64,000 bases of DNA from contig OZ024741.1 in the NCBI GenBank assembly GCA_964016885.1, positions 25,730,001 to 25,794,000 on the forward strand, given 5' to 3'. This stretch comes from Eledone cirrhosa (lineage: Eukaryota). Numbering within the stretch: position 1 is the stretch's first letter; every line of letters begins with the position of its first letter. The notes beneath the pieces are model-generated. The model worked only from the letters and a program-made list of their open reading frames with translations, made no database searches and was not told where the DNA came from. Below are positions 39,285-52,389 of the stretch, one piece after another. The position numbers and the translations under genes are program-made.

Positions 39285-39445
39285 TGACACCCAGTACTGG
39301 ACTGGTATGTTATTTAATGACCTTGAAAAGATGAAAGGCAACATTAACCTCAGTAAGATTTGAACTCAGAGCACAGGGAGGTGAAATAAATACCACAAGG
39401 CATTTTTAATCCGATACCTCTTACAACTCTGTTAATTTACTGCCT
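39285..39445 (-). mobile_element. Nin/Deu-like SINE, diverged
   Basis: actggtatgttattt...gatgaaaggcaacattaacctcag...gatttgaactcaga. Confidence 0.7.
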
Positions 39446-39937
39446 TACTGTCATTATGATTCACCTATATATATATATACTGGGAATTATTTCCTGATAG
39501 GAAATGGCTACTCCGAAAAAGCTTACAACTTGTACAATTTTCTGTCTAACATTTCCGCTTGTTACCTCCCCTTCCTCTACTTCTTCTCTTTCTAAACTTT
39601 TCTTTCTCCTTCACTTTCATTCTAATTGCTCTAGAGCTGGTTTGTGAGTGATGGTGGCAGTGTTGTTGGTAGGGTGGTGTTGTGTGTGGTTGTTGTGGGG
39701 GTGGTGTTGTGGTGTTGATGATGGTGGTGGTGGGGAACTTTGAATGACAACAGATTTGTACTGCCTTGGTATAGAATATATTCTTTTAGTAGGGGGTATT
39801 AGTTATTGGACTGCAGTGATGCTCAGGCACCACCTCCAAGGGTTTCACTCAATTATATCAACTCCAATACTTAGAGAATACCACACAAGAGACAACACTA
39901 ATTTTTAGACGAGTGTAAACAACAGAGTGAACTCAGC

Positions 39938-40177
39938 TAAACCCTTTCATAACTGAATTTCTAATGAATTACACTCTATTTTAATTAATTAATGACGAAT
40001 TTTGAGGGATTTACTAAAATGATTAATTATGTCATTACTAAGATAGTAACTTAAAGTAAGGTTCTTATATAAAATTATGTTGGAAGATTTTAATTTAAAT
40101 TGGGAACCTTTAAAATGAGTGGTTATATTTCATAGAACCAGAGCTGGTTTTGGTTGTGATGGTAACTAAAGGGTTCA
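39938..40177. mobile_element. MITE copy (TTAA-CCC family)
   Basis: Colinear with 34740-34961. Confidence 0.65.
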
Positions 40178-40512
40178 AGTCACACCCTATTGTCTTCAAT
40201 AAAGAGGGATACATTGGGAAAATCTAATCACTGAAACATAGATGATCACTACCAAAATATGTTTTATCATAGGCCTGCTGTCTTAATTAATCTTTCCAAA
40301 TTCTTGATTATTTTCAAAATTAATTGAGATATGCTTTTTTCCTTGTACTTGTTCCCATTCCTACAAATGGGCTGTGGCCATTCTGGGGCTGCACCATTAT
40401 TGCTACACTTTCTATAGCCATACTTCCTTGATTTGTGCCATTAATGAATGAGTTTGACACAGCCAGTTCATTTGTGTTTCATGTCATGTTGTATTTTATT
40501 GGAAATATGGTC

Positions 40513-40830
40513 ATTATCATCATTGTTTAACGTCCATTTTCCATGCTAGCATGGGTTAGACAGGTTGTCTTATTTGAGGAATGTTGAGTCCAGTGACCGT
40601 GTCTTGCTTATTCAGAACTGTTTCAGGCTAAGTTTCTACAACTGGCTGCCCTTGCTAATGCCAACCACTTTACAGTGTGGGCTGGGTGCTTTTTGTCATG
40701 ACACCTACATGACCACTTTACAGTGTTGGCTGGGTGCTTTTTGTTGTGACACTTACATGACCACTTTACAGTGTGGGCTGGATGCTTTTTGTTGTGACAC
40801 CCACACAACCACTTTACAGTGTGGACTGGA
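40513..40830 (-). mobile_element. RTE 3' end with about 4 tandem 47-bp UTR units
   Basis: accactttacagtgtgggctgggtgctttttgtcatgacacctacatg repeated. Confidence 0.8.
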
Positions 40831-41228
40831 GAAGTATGGTCATAGAAGAGTTAAATCAGTGAAACAGGATTGATGTATCAGCTTGGACAAAACAATGAAA
40901 GAACACATGGAAGGTTCCCTACAGTTTCTCGTCCTAACTAGGCTATTATTTACTTATACCTTTTAGTTTGAAATTTTTACTGATTTTCCTTCTAAATAGT
41001 TCAAGTCTGTTATAATCTGTTTATTTGTCCACTTTTTCAATATATATATATATATATATATAGAGATGATGTAACAGGTTTCTTTACTTTCTAGATTGTT
41101 CTGTCGATATTTACTGCAAAAATTTATATTTGATAAATATTCAGGTGACACCCCCCCTCTCCCCTTCTTCCACTTTTATTGATTATTTGATTAGTTGTCT
41201 TTAACTCACATTGACATACACACACACA

Positions 41229-41450
41229 CTGACACATACGCAGACACATACGCGCTGACACACACACGCTGACACACACACGCTGACACACACGCTGACA
41301 CACACGCTGACACACACACGCTGACACACACACGCTGACACACACACGCTGACACACACACGCTGACACACACACGCTGACACACACACACTGACACACA
41401 CGCTGACACACACGCTGACACACACACACTGACACACACGCTGACACACA
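41229..41450. repeat. 12-14 bp minisatellite (ctgacacacacg)n
   Basis: Direct inspection. Confidence 0.95.
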
Positions 41451-41819
41451 TGTCTATGGAATAAACTTCCATTGGCTTTCACAATGAATGCTGCAGTTGT
41501 TCAATTAATGGAACAGCCTGCTCATGAAATTAACATGTAAGTGTGGGTGAACATTCCACAGACACATGTACCCGTAATGTAATTTTGGTGTGGTTTCTAT
41601 AGCTGGATGGTCTTCTTAACAAAACCACTTTTACAGTGTGGTTTGGGCACTTTTTGTCAGGTGCACAAAACGTTTGAGGTCAAATTAATATATATATTTG
41701 TTCATACATATAAAGAGTTTGAAGAAAAATTTAAACCAAAATTCTTTCATAAGATATCTTTTTAACATATATTGCACCTATTTCTACGAAAATTCAGCGT
41801 CAACAGAATGTGGCATATA

Positions 41820-42180
41820 TAATAATAATAATAATAATAATGAAAATATTGTGTACAGAGTGTTCAGGTGCACTACAACTCAACAAAGGTGTATGTATAG
41901 TACATAGGGTAATGTACAAACGTCGGGAAAATGAACTGTACATGTGTATGGATGGGGTACATCAGGTGTAGTTTTGGCAAATTTTGGGAAGCATGAGGGT
42001 TTTAAAGGATGCAGTGTCTCGGCAGCTAACAACTGATGCAGGCAGTTTGTTCCATGCTTAAGCAACTCTAAGCGTGAAAAAATGTTTCCAAAAGTCATGG
42101 GAGCTGTGCTGTTTTCTGATTTTGTAGGCATGTCCACGTGTGTTAGACACATGGAGATCAAAAATCTGCAGTGCAACTTT
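41820..42180 (-). mobile_element. CR1-clade LINE ORF2 C-terminus and 3' UTR
   Basis: Minus frame NTRGHAYKIRKQHSSHDFWKHFFTLRVA*AWNKLPASVVSCRDTASFK carries the TRGH...FF..RV...WN.LP..VV CR1 signature; (TTA)n tail. Confidence 0.88.
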
Positions 42181-42599
42181 TATCTGAGTATATAAGGTAT
42201 ATGAAAATGGACGTTAAATGATGATATATATATATTCATATATATATCATCATTTAACATCCATTTCCCCTGCTAGGAAGAGTTGGACAGGTCATCTCAG
42301 ACCAAGTCAATACTAAATTAATGCTACTGCCCTCTCACATCGGTCAGTAGCCACAATATTTCCACACTTTACAGAGCAGACTAGGTGCATTGTATCGTGG
42401 AACCAGCACTAGAGAGGTTACCATATCTTTGACATAACTGAAGAATCCTCTCAACCCTCTGTTTGGCAAGGTTTCTATAGCTGGATGTTCTTCCTATCAC
42501 GCACGCACACGCACTCACTCACTCACTTTTTCTAAACATGTATTGAGTACTACACCTATTTGTGGTCTTCTTTGTCTCCAAATAAGATATCTATCCATG

Positions 42600-43980
42600 A
42601 AGTAGTAGTAGTAGTAATTCCACCATTGCTACTACTACTGTCATAATCCTGTCATCATCACCTCAATACAACTACCACCACACCTACTACCGCTATCACC
42701 ACCACCACCAGCGCCATCACCACCACCACCACTACCGCCACCGCCACCGCCACCACCACCACTACTACCGCCACCACTACCACTGCCATCACCACCACCA
42801 CCACTACTACCACCGCCATCACCACCACCACCACTACTACCACCACCACCACCACCACTACCACCACCACTACTACCACCACCACCGCCACTACTACCAT
42901 CACCACCACCACCACTACTACCGCCACCACCACCACCGCCATCACCACCACCACCACTACTACCACCACCACCGCCATCACCACCACCACTACTACCGCC
43001 ATCACCACTACTACCACCACCACCACCACCACTACTACCCGGTTGGGGGGGTGATGGTAGTGGTGGTGGTTGTGGTAGTGGTGGTAATGGTGGAAGTGGT
43101 AATGGTGATGGTAGTAGTGGTGGTGATGGTAGTGGTGGTGGTGGTGGTAATGGTGATGGTAGTGGTGGTGGTAATAGTGGTGGTGGTGGTAATAGTGATG
43201 GTGGTGGTGGTGGTGGTAAAATTGATGGTGGTAGTGGTAGTGGTGGTGGTGGTGGTGGTGGTAATAGTGATGGTGGTGGTGGTGGTTTGACAGGATTTAA
43301 TTACTAATTACTTTGCTTTTGAAATTTGAGTTTATTGCAAAAGTAGGTGATTATTGTGATGATGATGATGATGATGATAATCACGTTGATGATGTTTGTG
43401 TAGTTGACATTGATGATGATGATAATGGTGATAATGCTGGTGATGATCATGGTGTGGATGATGGTGGTGATGGTGGTGTTGATGGTGATGATTGTAGTTG
43501 TGTTGGTGATGGTGGTGTTGATGGTGGTGATGGTGTTGATGATGATGATGATAATGGTGGTGATGAATATAACATACTTCACGTAACAAGATATTGGACA
43601 GGGTGTGGTCCAAGACTTTTACTAAAACTAAACTAACGAACTATCTTACTAATTAGTATTTGAATTATTGGTGGCTTTAAAATGTTGGCATAACTATACT
43701 CCACTCTCCACCCTCCACTCACCACCCTCCACTCCCCACCCTCCACTCACCACCCTCCACCCTCCACTCTCCACCCTTCACTCTCCACCCTTCACTCACC
43801 CTCCTCCCTCCACCTTCCATTACTCACCCTCCACTCACCACTATTCACACCCTCCTCCCTCCAAGACCCTCCACTCGCCACCCTCCACTCTTCACCCTCC
43901 ACTCTTCACCCCCATCTCCCTCCTCCCCCCACCTTCCATTACTCACCCTCCATTCTCCACCCTCCACTCCACATCCTCCA
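42600..43980. repeat. Trinucleotide and low-complexity block: (CCA/CTA)n, (GGT)n, (GAT)n, (CCCTCCACT)-like
   Basis: Direct inspection. Confidence 0.92.
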
Positions 43981-44309
43981 TCTGGCTGTATAAGAAAGTA
44001 AAGGAAAGGACTATAAATGCCATAAACAAGAAAAGGAAGGAAATATCAAGGACTATGAGGCAATGGGAGAAAGAGAGGAGTAAGGGGAGAAGGGTCAGTC
44101 AACACCCAGGTCAGGGCAGTGTTTCAGCTGTGCCTCACAAAACTGCAAAGGTATTTCCTTGGACAATGGCCAGCAAAATGCCTAATTAACATTTAAATGA
44201 TTATTTATTTGATAAATATTTTAAAATCTAGAAACGTGTGGATAATAATTTTAAAAAGACCCCACCCCCACCCCCCAAAAAAGAAAATAAATAAAAAATA
44301 ATAATAATA

Positions 44310-44440
44310 ATTGTTTCTACTTTTGGCACAAGGCCAGCAATTACTCCAGTGTATTACTGGTACTTTATTTTATCGACTCCGTAAGGACGAAAGGCAAAGT
44401 TAATCTCGGCGGGATTTGAACTCAGATCATTAAGGGGTGT
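44310..44440 (-). mobile_element. Nin/Deu-like SINE fragment within (AAT)n
   Basis: Same core as the other copies. Confidence 0.8.
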
Positions 44441-44994
44441 AATAATAATAATAATAATAATAATTAAACATTTTACTTGTAATAGTAACCATTGGTAACA
44501 GTTCTGCTCCCTGATCTTATTCCTAAAACATTTTGGCTTAATTGAGGGCTTTTTAGTATCTTTACTGCTGGACAGATTGTTGAGAAGATTTGCAGTAAAC
44601 TAGGCTTCAGTTAAATATTGCTGCTTTATACTTTCCAAGAATGACTTGTGTGGTAGAGGACATTAAAAGTTACCATATATTCTCCAATATAACTCAATAC
44701 AAATATAAACCAACCCGACAAAAATCGAAATCTTATTTACATAGAATTTGAATGAAGTTGGTGAAAATCATCAAAATATTGACTTAAAATATAAACTAAC
44801 TCCACCCTACTGTCATCGATTTATTTTTTTATTTTTTTATTTTTTTATTTTTTTATTTTTTTATTTATTTATTTTTTTTATTTATTTATTTATTTTTTTT
44901 TTTTTTTAAATTTTATGATTTTTTTGTTTCTTGAAATAGATTTTAGATGTTAAGTGTATAATTTCTAGAATTTCCTCTTTAAAAAGAAACAATG

Positions 44995-45210
44995 ATCATT
45001 ACCATCATCATCATCATCACTGTCATCATAATCGCACTCACCATCATCACCATCACCATCATCACCATCATCATGATCACCATCATCATTACCATCACCA
45101 CCATCATTACCATCACCATCATCACCATCATAACCATCACCATCATTACCATCACCATCATCACCATCACCATCATCATCACCATCATCACTATCATCAC
45201 TATCACCACA
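44995..45210. repeat. (CAT/CAC)n array, probably the expanded tail of the adjacent minus-strand RTE fragment
   Basis: Direct inspection; abuts the RTE C-terminus. Confidence 0.85.
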
Positions 45211-45214
45211 TCCA

Positions 45215-46060
45215 CTGTGGGTCCTTCTCAACACAGCATCTCTCCACTAGCTGCGTTTCTTTGTCATCTCCTCTGCAATTTGAGGTCAGCTCTCACCACC
45301 TCTGCTCAGGTCTTTCTCAGTCTACCTCTACTGAGGTCAGCTCCCACCACCTCTGCCCAGGTCTTTCTCAGTCTACCTCTACTGAGGGGAGCTCTTACCA
45401 CCTCTGCCCAGGTCTTTCTCAGTCTACCTCTACTGAGGTCAGCTCCCACCACCTCTGCCCAGGTCTTTCTCAGTCTACCTCTACTGAGGGGAGCTCTCAC
45501 CACCTCTGCTCAGGTCTTTCTCAGTCTACCTCTACTGAGGTCAGCTCCCCCCAGGTCTTTCTCAGTCTACCTCTACTGAGGGGAGCTCTTACCACCTCTG
45601 CCCAGGTCTTTCTCAGTCTACCTCTACTGAGGTCAGCTCTTACCACCTCTGCCCAGGTCTTTCTCAGTCTACCTCTACTGAGGTCAGCTCTTACCACCTC
45701 TGCCCAGGTCTTTCTCGGTTTACCTCTACGAGGTCAGCTCTCACCACCTCTGCCCAGGTTTTTCTCAGTCTACCTCTACTGAGGTCAGCTCTTACCACCT
45801 CTGCCCAGGTCTTTCTCAGTCTACCTCGACTGAGGTCAGCTCTTACCACCTCTGCCCAGGTCTTTCTCAGTCTACTTCTACTGAGGTCAGCTCTCACCAC
45901 CTCTGCCCAGGTCAGCTCTCACCACCTCTGCCCAGGTCTTTCTCAGTCTACCTCTACTGAGGTCAGCTCTTACCACCTCTGCCCAGGTCAGCTCTCACCA
46001 CCTCTGCCCAGGTCTTTATCAGTCTACCTCTACCGTGGCTTCCTTCTACTGACATTTCTT
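45215..46060 (-). mobile_element. RTE ORF C-terminus containing a 51-bp minisatellite (about 15 units, 45281-46031)
   Basis: Minus strand reads EMSVEGSHG-[RGRLRKTWAEVVRADLS]n ... EEMTK...WRDAVLRRT, colinear with KIDGSHGVGRPRKTWDDLINSDL...WRYTVIKKT at 3575-3720. Confidence 0.85.
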
Positions 46061-46635
46061 ACCAATGAGGTTTGTCAAAATTATCTATCTTCATGATGGA
46101 ATTCTTTGAATGAGACAGTGGACCAGAGACCAGACATAGTTTTATTTTTGGTTCCTTACTTACACTTTCTTATATAGCTATGTCTGGGAACCAGTGTTAA
46201 TCTATTTGATTGATAGATAGATAGGGAGAGAGAGAGAGAGATGGTTCTATTTAGAAGGATAGATAGAGAGAGAAATGGTTCTATTTAGATAGTTAGTTAA
46301 GAAGAAAGAGATAGCTCTATTTAGATATAGATAGATAGATAGATAGATAGATAGGGAGAGAGAGAGGGTTCTATTTAGAAAGTGTCTTCCCATATCTAGT
46401 TTGCTGATAACCAATACTTTAAAGTTGTTTGGCTGGTGAATTAGTTTACAGATTGGTTTTCAGAACAGGATACCCAAACTGTTTGTTTGGGCTGTTTACA
46501 TGGCTTTGCTTTCCTGTCTTGCACTATTGCCAGTTACATATATAGCAAACCTGAGTGAGAGATATACAGTTATATATAGGATAAGAAACTTGAAATATAT
46601 ATATGTCTTTATATACATAGCAAACCTTACAGGTA

Positions 46636-46835
46636 CATCATCATCATCATCGTTTAACGTCCATTTTCCACACTAGCATGGGTCTGGACGGGAATTGTCC
46701 CACTTGAGGCAAGATTGGTTGTCTTGCTCAGGACTGTCTGGCGGATTTTCTACAGCTGGATGCCCTTCCTAACACCAACCACGTTTACAGTGTGGACTGG
46801 GAGGTTTTTACCGTGTTACCTACACGGCACACCTG
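46636..46835 (-). mobile_element. RTE 3' end inserted in a degenerate 28-bp repeat
   Basis: Matches 3905-4104 in reverse complement. Confidence 0.85.
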
Positions 46836-46839
46836 TACA

Positions 46840-47172
46840 TACTTAACAAACCTAACACATATCTTTATATACATAGAAAACCTTACAGATATATCTTAAT
46901 ATACATGGCAAACCTGACAGAAACATATATTTACATACATAGCAATCCTCACAGATATATATCTTTACATAGCAAACCTCACAGATATATATCTTTACAT
47001 ACTTAGCAAACCTAACATATCTTTATATACTTAGCAAACCTAACATATCTTTATATACATAGCAAACCTAACATATCTTTATATACTTAGCAAACCTAAC
47101 ATATCTTTATATACATAGCAAACCTAACATATCTTTATATACTTAGCAAACCTGATAGAAATTTATCTTTAC
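46840..47172. repeat. About 28-bp tandem repeat (atatctttatatacatagcaaacctaac)
   Basis: About 10 copies, with further degenerate copies at 46535-46635. Confidence 0.85.
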
Positions 47173-47542
47173 ACTTTTACAGTGTGGACTGGGTGTTTTT
47201 GTCATGACACCTACATGACCACTTTACAGCTAGTAATGGGTGCTTTGGTGGGCGAGGTGTGTGTGGGATGGGGGTGGTGGGTATTTGGGCATTATATGAG
47301 GGGTGGAGTGTTGTGATGTGGGCAATAAATGGAAGGGTGTGAGTATGTATGTGTGTGTATATATATATATGTATATATATATGTATATATATATATATAT
47401 AAATGTATATATATATATATATAACGAAGGAGTTGTGGTAAGGAACCAGATGGACCATAACGCACCAGAGTACTCAATACTTAGGGTAGTAGAGCTTGAG
47501 CTCAGCCGTCGGGGTCATACTTTTTCATATATATATATATAT

Positions 47543-47576
<34 letters not shown>

Positions 47577-47778
47577 ATATAATGAGTGTCTATTGATGCT
47601 GCTTTGTGTTGTTGGCAGTGAGAAAATTAAATGTAAATAGAGATTAATGGAGGCTAGTTAAAGATGAGAAATATAAGATCAGATTAGGAAAGTCGTTATT
47701 TAAATCTTCTTACCTTTATATTTGTACAGAAACATTTCAGTTACTATTAACAAGGATAAATGGAATTTAGCTGAGGAT

Positions 47779-47823
<45 letters not shown>

Positions 47824-47825
47824 CG

Positions 47826-48194
47826 CCATCATTGTTTACCGTCTATCTTCCATGCTAGCATGAGTTAGACGGGAGTTGTCCCACTTGAGGCAAGATTGGT
47901 CAGGTGACCGTGTCTCGCTCATATAGGACTATCTGGCAGGTTTTCTACGGCTGGATGCCCTTCCTAACACCAACCACATTTACAGTGTGGAGTGGGAACT
48001 TATTACCGTGTTACCTACACGGCCACATTACAGCGTGGACTGTGTGTTTTGATTTGTCATGACACCTACACGGCCTCATTAGTTTGGACTGGATGCTGTG
48101 GTACCAACATAACTTTACAGAGAAAGGGGTGGTGTTGGTGGGAGTGGGAGGATGGAGTGGAGTAGTGGGTTGGGGTGTGTTTGGTTTGGAGGGG

Positions 48195-48197
<3 letters not shown>
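47826..48197 (-). mobile_element. RTE 3' UTR copy
   Basis: Colinear with 3755-4104 in reverse complement. Confidence 0.85.
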
Positions 48198-48231
<34 letters not shown>

Positions 48232-48763
48232 TGTATATATATGTGTGTGTGTCTATAAATCTGTAGATGAAAGATCAAGGAAACCAGTGCTCAATCTGTT
48301 GCAAGAAATATAAAACTGATGTTGTCTGTGTGTGTCCCTTCATTTTTGCAAACTCTATACAAATCCACATTTCTACTCCGATTGACTTCAAACTTGCATT
48401 TATATATTCCTTGCGGTCTAAAGATATTAACTGCAGCTTTTATTTTTCAATTTTCTGTTGTTAAAGGGGTGTTAGGCGCCGGTTATCCATCTCCGTCGCG
48501 TTCTTATAATATCTGTCTGTATGCCTGGCTGTCTGCATTATGACATTCTGACGAACATTGATGACGTATTATGTTCGCTATTATCCGGTCATTACTAGGG
48601 AACGTCTTCACGAACCAAAGTATCGTCTTCCTGTTTTCCTTCGATTGCAACATTTTTCTAAATATTTATTTCAGCGTTCACAGATTGATGTTTTTTGTTT
48701 CAGAAGATCCCGTTAAGGGTGAAAGCATCGATTCTTTGCTTAAACTTTAATCTGTTGTTTTAA

Positions 48764-49392
48764 TCTATATATGTATATATATAAATCTGAGGTAGGATGT
48801 ACGTGTGTGTGTGTGTGAAGTACCCAACCGATCTTTTTCAAACTTTACATGTGTATTACTTATATTTCAGGGAGTGTTATGCACATTAAAAAAATTGAAC
48901 TTTTTCATCTCCTAGGGCCCGCATTAGGTGAAAAACTGCGTTTTTCCAGCTTTTTAGGGTTATTTTGAGACGTTACGTCAGACCGATTTCCTTGAAATTG
49001 TAACTATGTATTAGTCAGTCTCTTCTTCATACCGTGAGCAAAGAAAATCCAACTATTTTATGGCTTAGGGCCCGCATTAGGTGAAAAACTTCATTTTTTC
49101 AGCTTTTTAGAGCTTTTTTTGAGGCGTTACGTCTAGCCGATTTTCCCGAAATTTCAAGGCATATTATGCACATATAAAAAATTCAGTTTCTTGATCCCCT
49201 AGGGCCTCCATTAGGTGAAAACCTGCCTTTTTCCTGCTTCATCGAGGAAAATCTTAGATTATCCAGTCATCACAGTATTCGGTTTATTTTCTTTACATAT
49301 TGTCCAGGCATGCAGTTTTTCCACGATCAGGTCTGTTGGCGACCTGCATTCCAAAATACCTTATCCCGTGCAACGCCAGGTACCACTTCTAG
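48764..49392 (+). mobile_element. Non-autonomous Helitron (may extend 5' to about 48250-48305)
   Basis: a|TCTATATAT start followed by (GT)n; hairpin cccgtgcaacgccagg at 49365-49380; CTAG|t end; three internal repeats of about 135-155 bp (tagggcccgcattaggtgaaaa). Confidence 0.7.
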
Positions 49393-49604
49393 TTTAGTAT
49401 AAAGTTTCAAACACTTAATGGAAGACCTGTTTAAGAGTGCCTTCTCAAGTATACAGTTGTGGCCATAACTGGACCCCGAAACCAATGTTTGGAGTATCTT
49501 TTTACTGTGGTTACCCTCGATTTAACATGGGATCTACACGTATATATATATGTGTGTCTGTAAAAATATAAAATAATGCCAATAGAAGTCGACATGACTG
49601 TTTC

Positions 49605-50800
49605 AGTATATATTGACTGTATAGTACTATATAGTCCAATAGTATATATTGACTGTATAGTACTATATAGTCCAATAGTATATATTGACTGTAGAGTACT
49701 ATATAGTTCAATAGTATATATTGACTGTAGAGTACTATATAGTCCAATAGTATATATTGACTGTATAGTACTATATAGTCCAATAGTATATATTGACTGT
49801 ATAGTACTATATAGTGCAATAGTATATATTGACTGTATAGTACTATATAGTCCAATAGTATATATTGACAGTATAGTACTATATAGTCCAATAGTATATA
49901 TTGACAGTATAGTACTATATAGTGCAATAGTATATATTAACTGTAGAGTACTATATAGTGCAATAGTATATATTGACTGTAGAGTACTGTAGAGTACTAT
50001 ATAGTGCAATAGTATATATTGACTGTAGAGTACTATATAGTCCAATAGTATATATTGACTGTAGAGTACTATATAGTGCAATAGTATATATTGACTGTAG
50101 AGTACTATATAGTCCAATAGTATATATTGACTGTAGAGTACTATATAGTGCAATAGTATATATTGACTGTAGAGTACTATATAGTCCAATAGTATATATT
50201 GACTGTAGAGTACTATATAGTCCAATAGTATATATTAACTGTAGAGTACTATATAGTTCAATAGTATATATTGACTGTAGAGTACTATATAGTTCAATAG
50301 TATATATTGACTGTAGAGTACTATATAGTTCAATAGTATATATTGACTGTAGAGTACTATATAGTCCAATAGTATATATTGACTGTAGAGTACTATATAG
50401 TCCAATAGTATATATTAACTGTAGAGTACTATATAGTTCAATAGTATATTTTGACTGTAGAGTACTATATAGTCCAATAGTATATATTGACTGTAGAGTA
50501 CTATATAGTGCAATAGTATATATTGACTGTATAGTACTATATAGTCCAATAGTATATATTGACTGTATAGTACTATATAGTCCAATAGTATATATTGTAC
50601 TATATAGTGCAATAGTATATATTGACTGTATAGTACTATAGAGTCCAATAGTATCTATTGTACTATAGAATCTAATAGTATCTATTGACAGTAGAGGACT
50701 ATAGTCCAATAGTATCTATTGACAATATAATACTATGTAGTGAAATAGTATCTATTGTACTATGAAGTCCAATAGTATCTATTGACAATATAATACTATA
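49605..50800. repeat. 36-bp AT-rich minisatellite, about 33 copies (gactgtagagtactatatagtccaatagtatatatt)
   Basis: 12-aa periodicity in the ORFs; the unit is built of palindromes. Confidence 0.97.
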
Positions 50801-50941
50801 TATAATTAACAATAAATATTAATTCTAAAGCTATATTCTGCTGCTTTCTTTGAATAACTCAGACTGTGATTCATGTCACAACTGGTTATAACAGAGTACA
50901 CATCCTTACAGGCACTGACACTATATTACATCTACTTCTAG

Positions 50942-51925
50942 CCCCTCTCTCTCTCTCTCTACATCTCTCTCTACATCTCTCTCTACATCTCTCTCTCATT
51001 CTACATCTCTCTCTCACTCTCTCGCTCTACATCTCTCTCTCACTCACTCTCTCTCTCTCTACATCTCTCTCACTCACTCTCTCTGTATCTCTCTCTACAT
51101 CTCTCTCTCTCTGTATCTCTCTCTCTCGGTATCTCTCTCTCTCTACATCTCCCTCTCTGTATCTCTCTCTCTCTACATCTCCCTCTCTGTATCTCTCTCT
51201 CTCCATCTCCCTCTCTGTATCTCTCTCTCTCCCTCCCTCTCTGTATCTCTCTCTCTCCCTCCCTCCCTCTCTCTGTATCTCTCTCCCTCCCTCTCTCTGT
51301 ATATCTCTCCCTCCCTCTCTCTGTATATCTCTCGTTTCCCTCTCTATCTATCTGTTGCTCCCCTCTCTCTGTCTTTCTGTGTATCTCTTTCTTTCTCTGA
51401 CTCTTGTTCTCCCTCTCTCACTCTGTCTCTCTCTGTCTTTCTCTCTCTGTCTTTCTCTCTCTGTCTTTCTCTCTCTGTCTTTCTCTCTCTGTCTTTCTCT
51501 CTGTCTCTCTCTCTCTGTCTCTTTTTGTCTCTCTCTCTCTTTCTCTTTTTGTCTCTCTCTCATTCTCTCTCTTTTTGTCTCTCTTTCTCTCTCTTTTTGT
51601 CTCTCTTTCTCTTTCTCTTTTTGTCTCTCTCTTTTTGTCTCTTTCTCTTTCTCTTTTTGTCTCTCTCTCTCTCTCTTTTTGTCTCTCTCTCTCTCTCTTT
51701 CTCTTGTTACCCCTCTCTCCATCTCTCTTTCTCTGTCTCTCTCTATCCCCCCCCTCTCTCTCTTGTTCCACCTCTCCATCTCTCTTGTTCCACCTCTCTC
51801 CATCTCTCTTTCTCTGTCTCTCTATCTTTCGCTCCCCCCCTCTCTCTCTATATATATATATACACACACACACATATGCAAGTGTCAGTGTGTACACATC
51901 TCTCTCTCTCTCTCTCCCACCCCCC
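50942..51925. repeat. Polypyrimidine (CT)n-rich compound tract, about 1 kb
   Basis: Direct inspection. Confidence 0.95.
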
Positions 51926-52098
51926 TCTATATATATTAGTGGTAGATCCCTTTCTTTCACTAATATACCCACCCTACATCTTACCATGTACCGAGTACTT
52001 CTTTGATTTGTGGTCTTCTTGGTCCCAGTACCACAGACTATATATATATATATATAATGTATACAATATTAAATAAATGGAAACTATATTTATAAAAC

Positions 52099-52177
52099 CA
52101 TATTTATTTCATTATATATATTTCAGGGATATCATATTAACAATATGCTATGCCTTCCTCAGACAAAATACAATATA
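52099..52177 (-). ncRNA. Mirror copy of the putative hammerhead ribozyme
   Basis: Identical sequence in the left palindrome arm. Confidence 0.7.
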
Positions 52178-52310
52178 AACAGTTTTATAGATAAATAGAT
52201 TCGACATACCGTAACAACATCGACTTGCATTTGAAGAGGTTGATTCAACCTCTTCAAATGCAAGTCGATGTTGTTATGGTATGTCGAATCTATTTATCTA
52301 TAAAACTGTT

Positions 52311-52389
52311 TATATTGTATTTTGTCTGAGGAAGGCATAGCATATTGTTAATATGATATCCCTGAAATATATATAATGAAATAAATATG
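52311..52389 (+). ncRNA. Putative minimal type-I hammerhead ribozyme (Penelope-like)
   Basis: Stem I tattttgt (52318-25) with atgaaata (52376-83), extended by tatatt/aatatg; CTGAGGA at 52326-32; stem II agg...catatt-gtt-aatatg...cct; GAAA at 52364-67; 2-bp stem III with ATAT loop; predicted cleavage after AUA at 52375. Confidence 0.7.
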
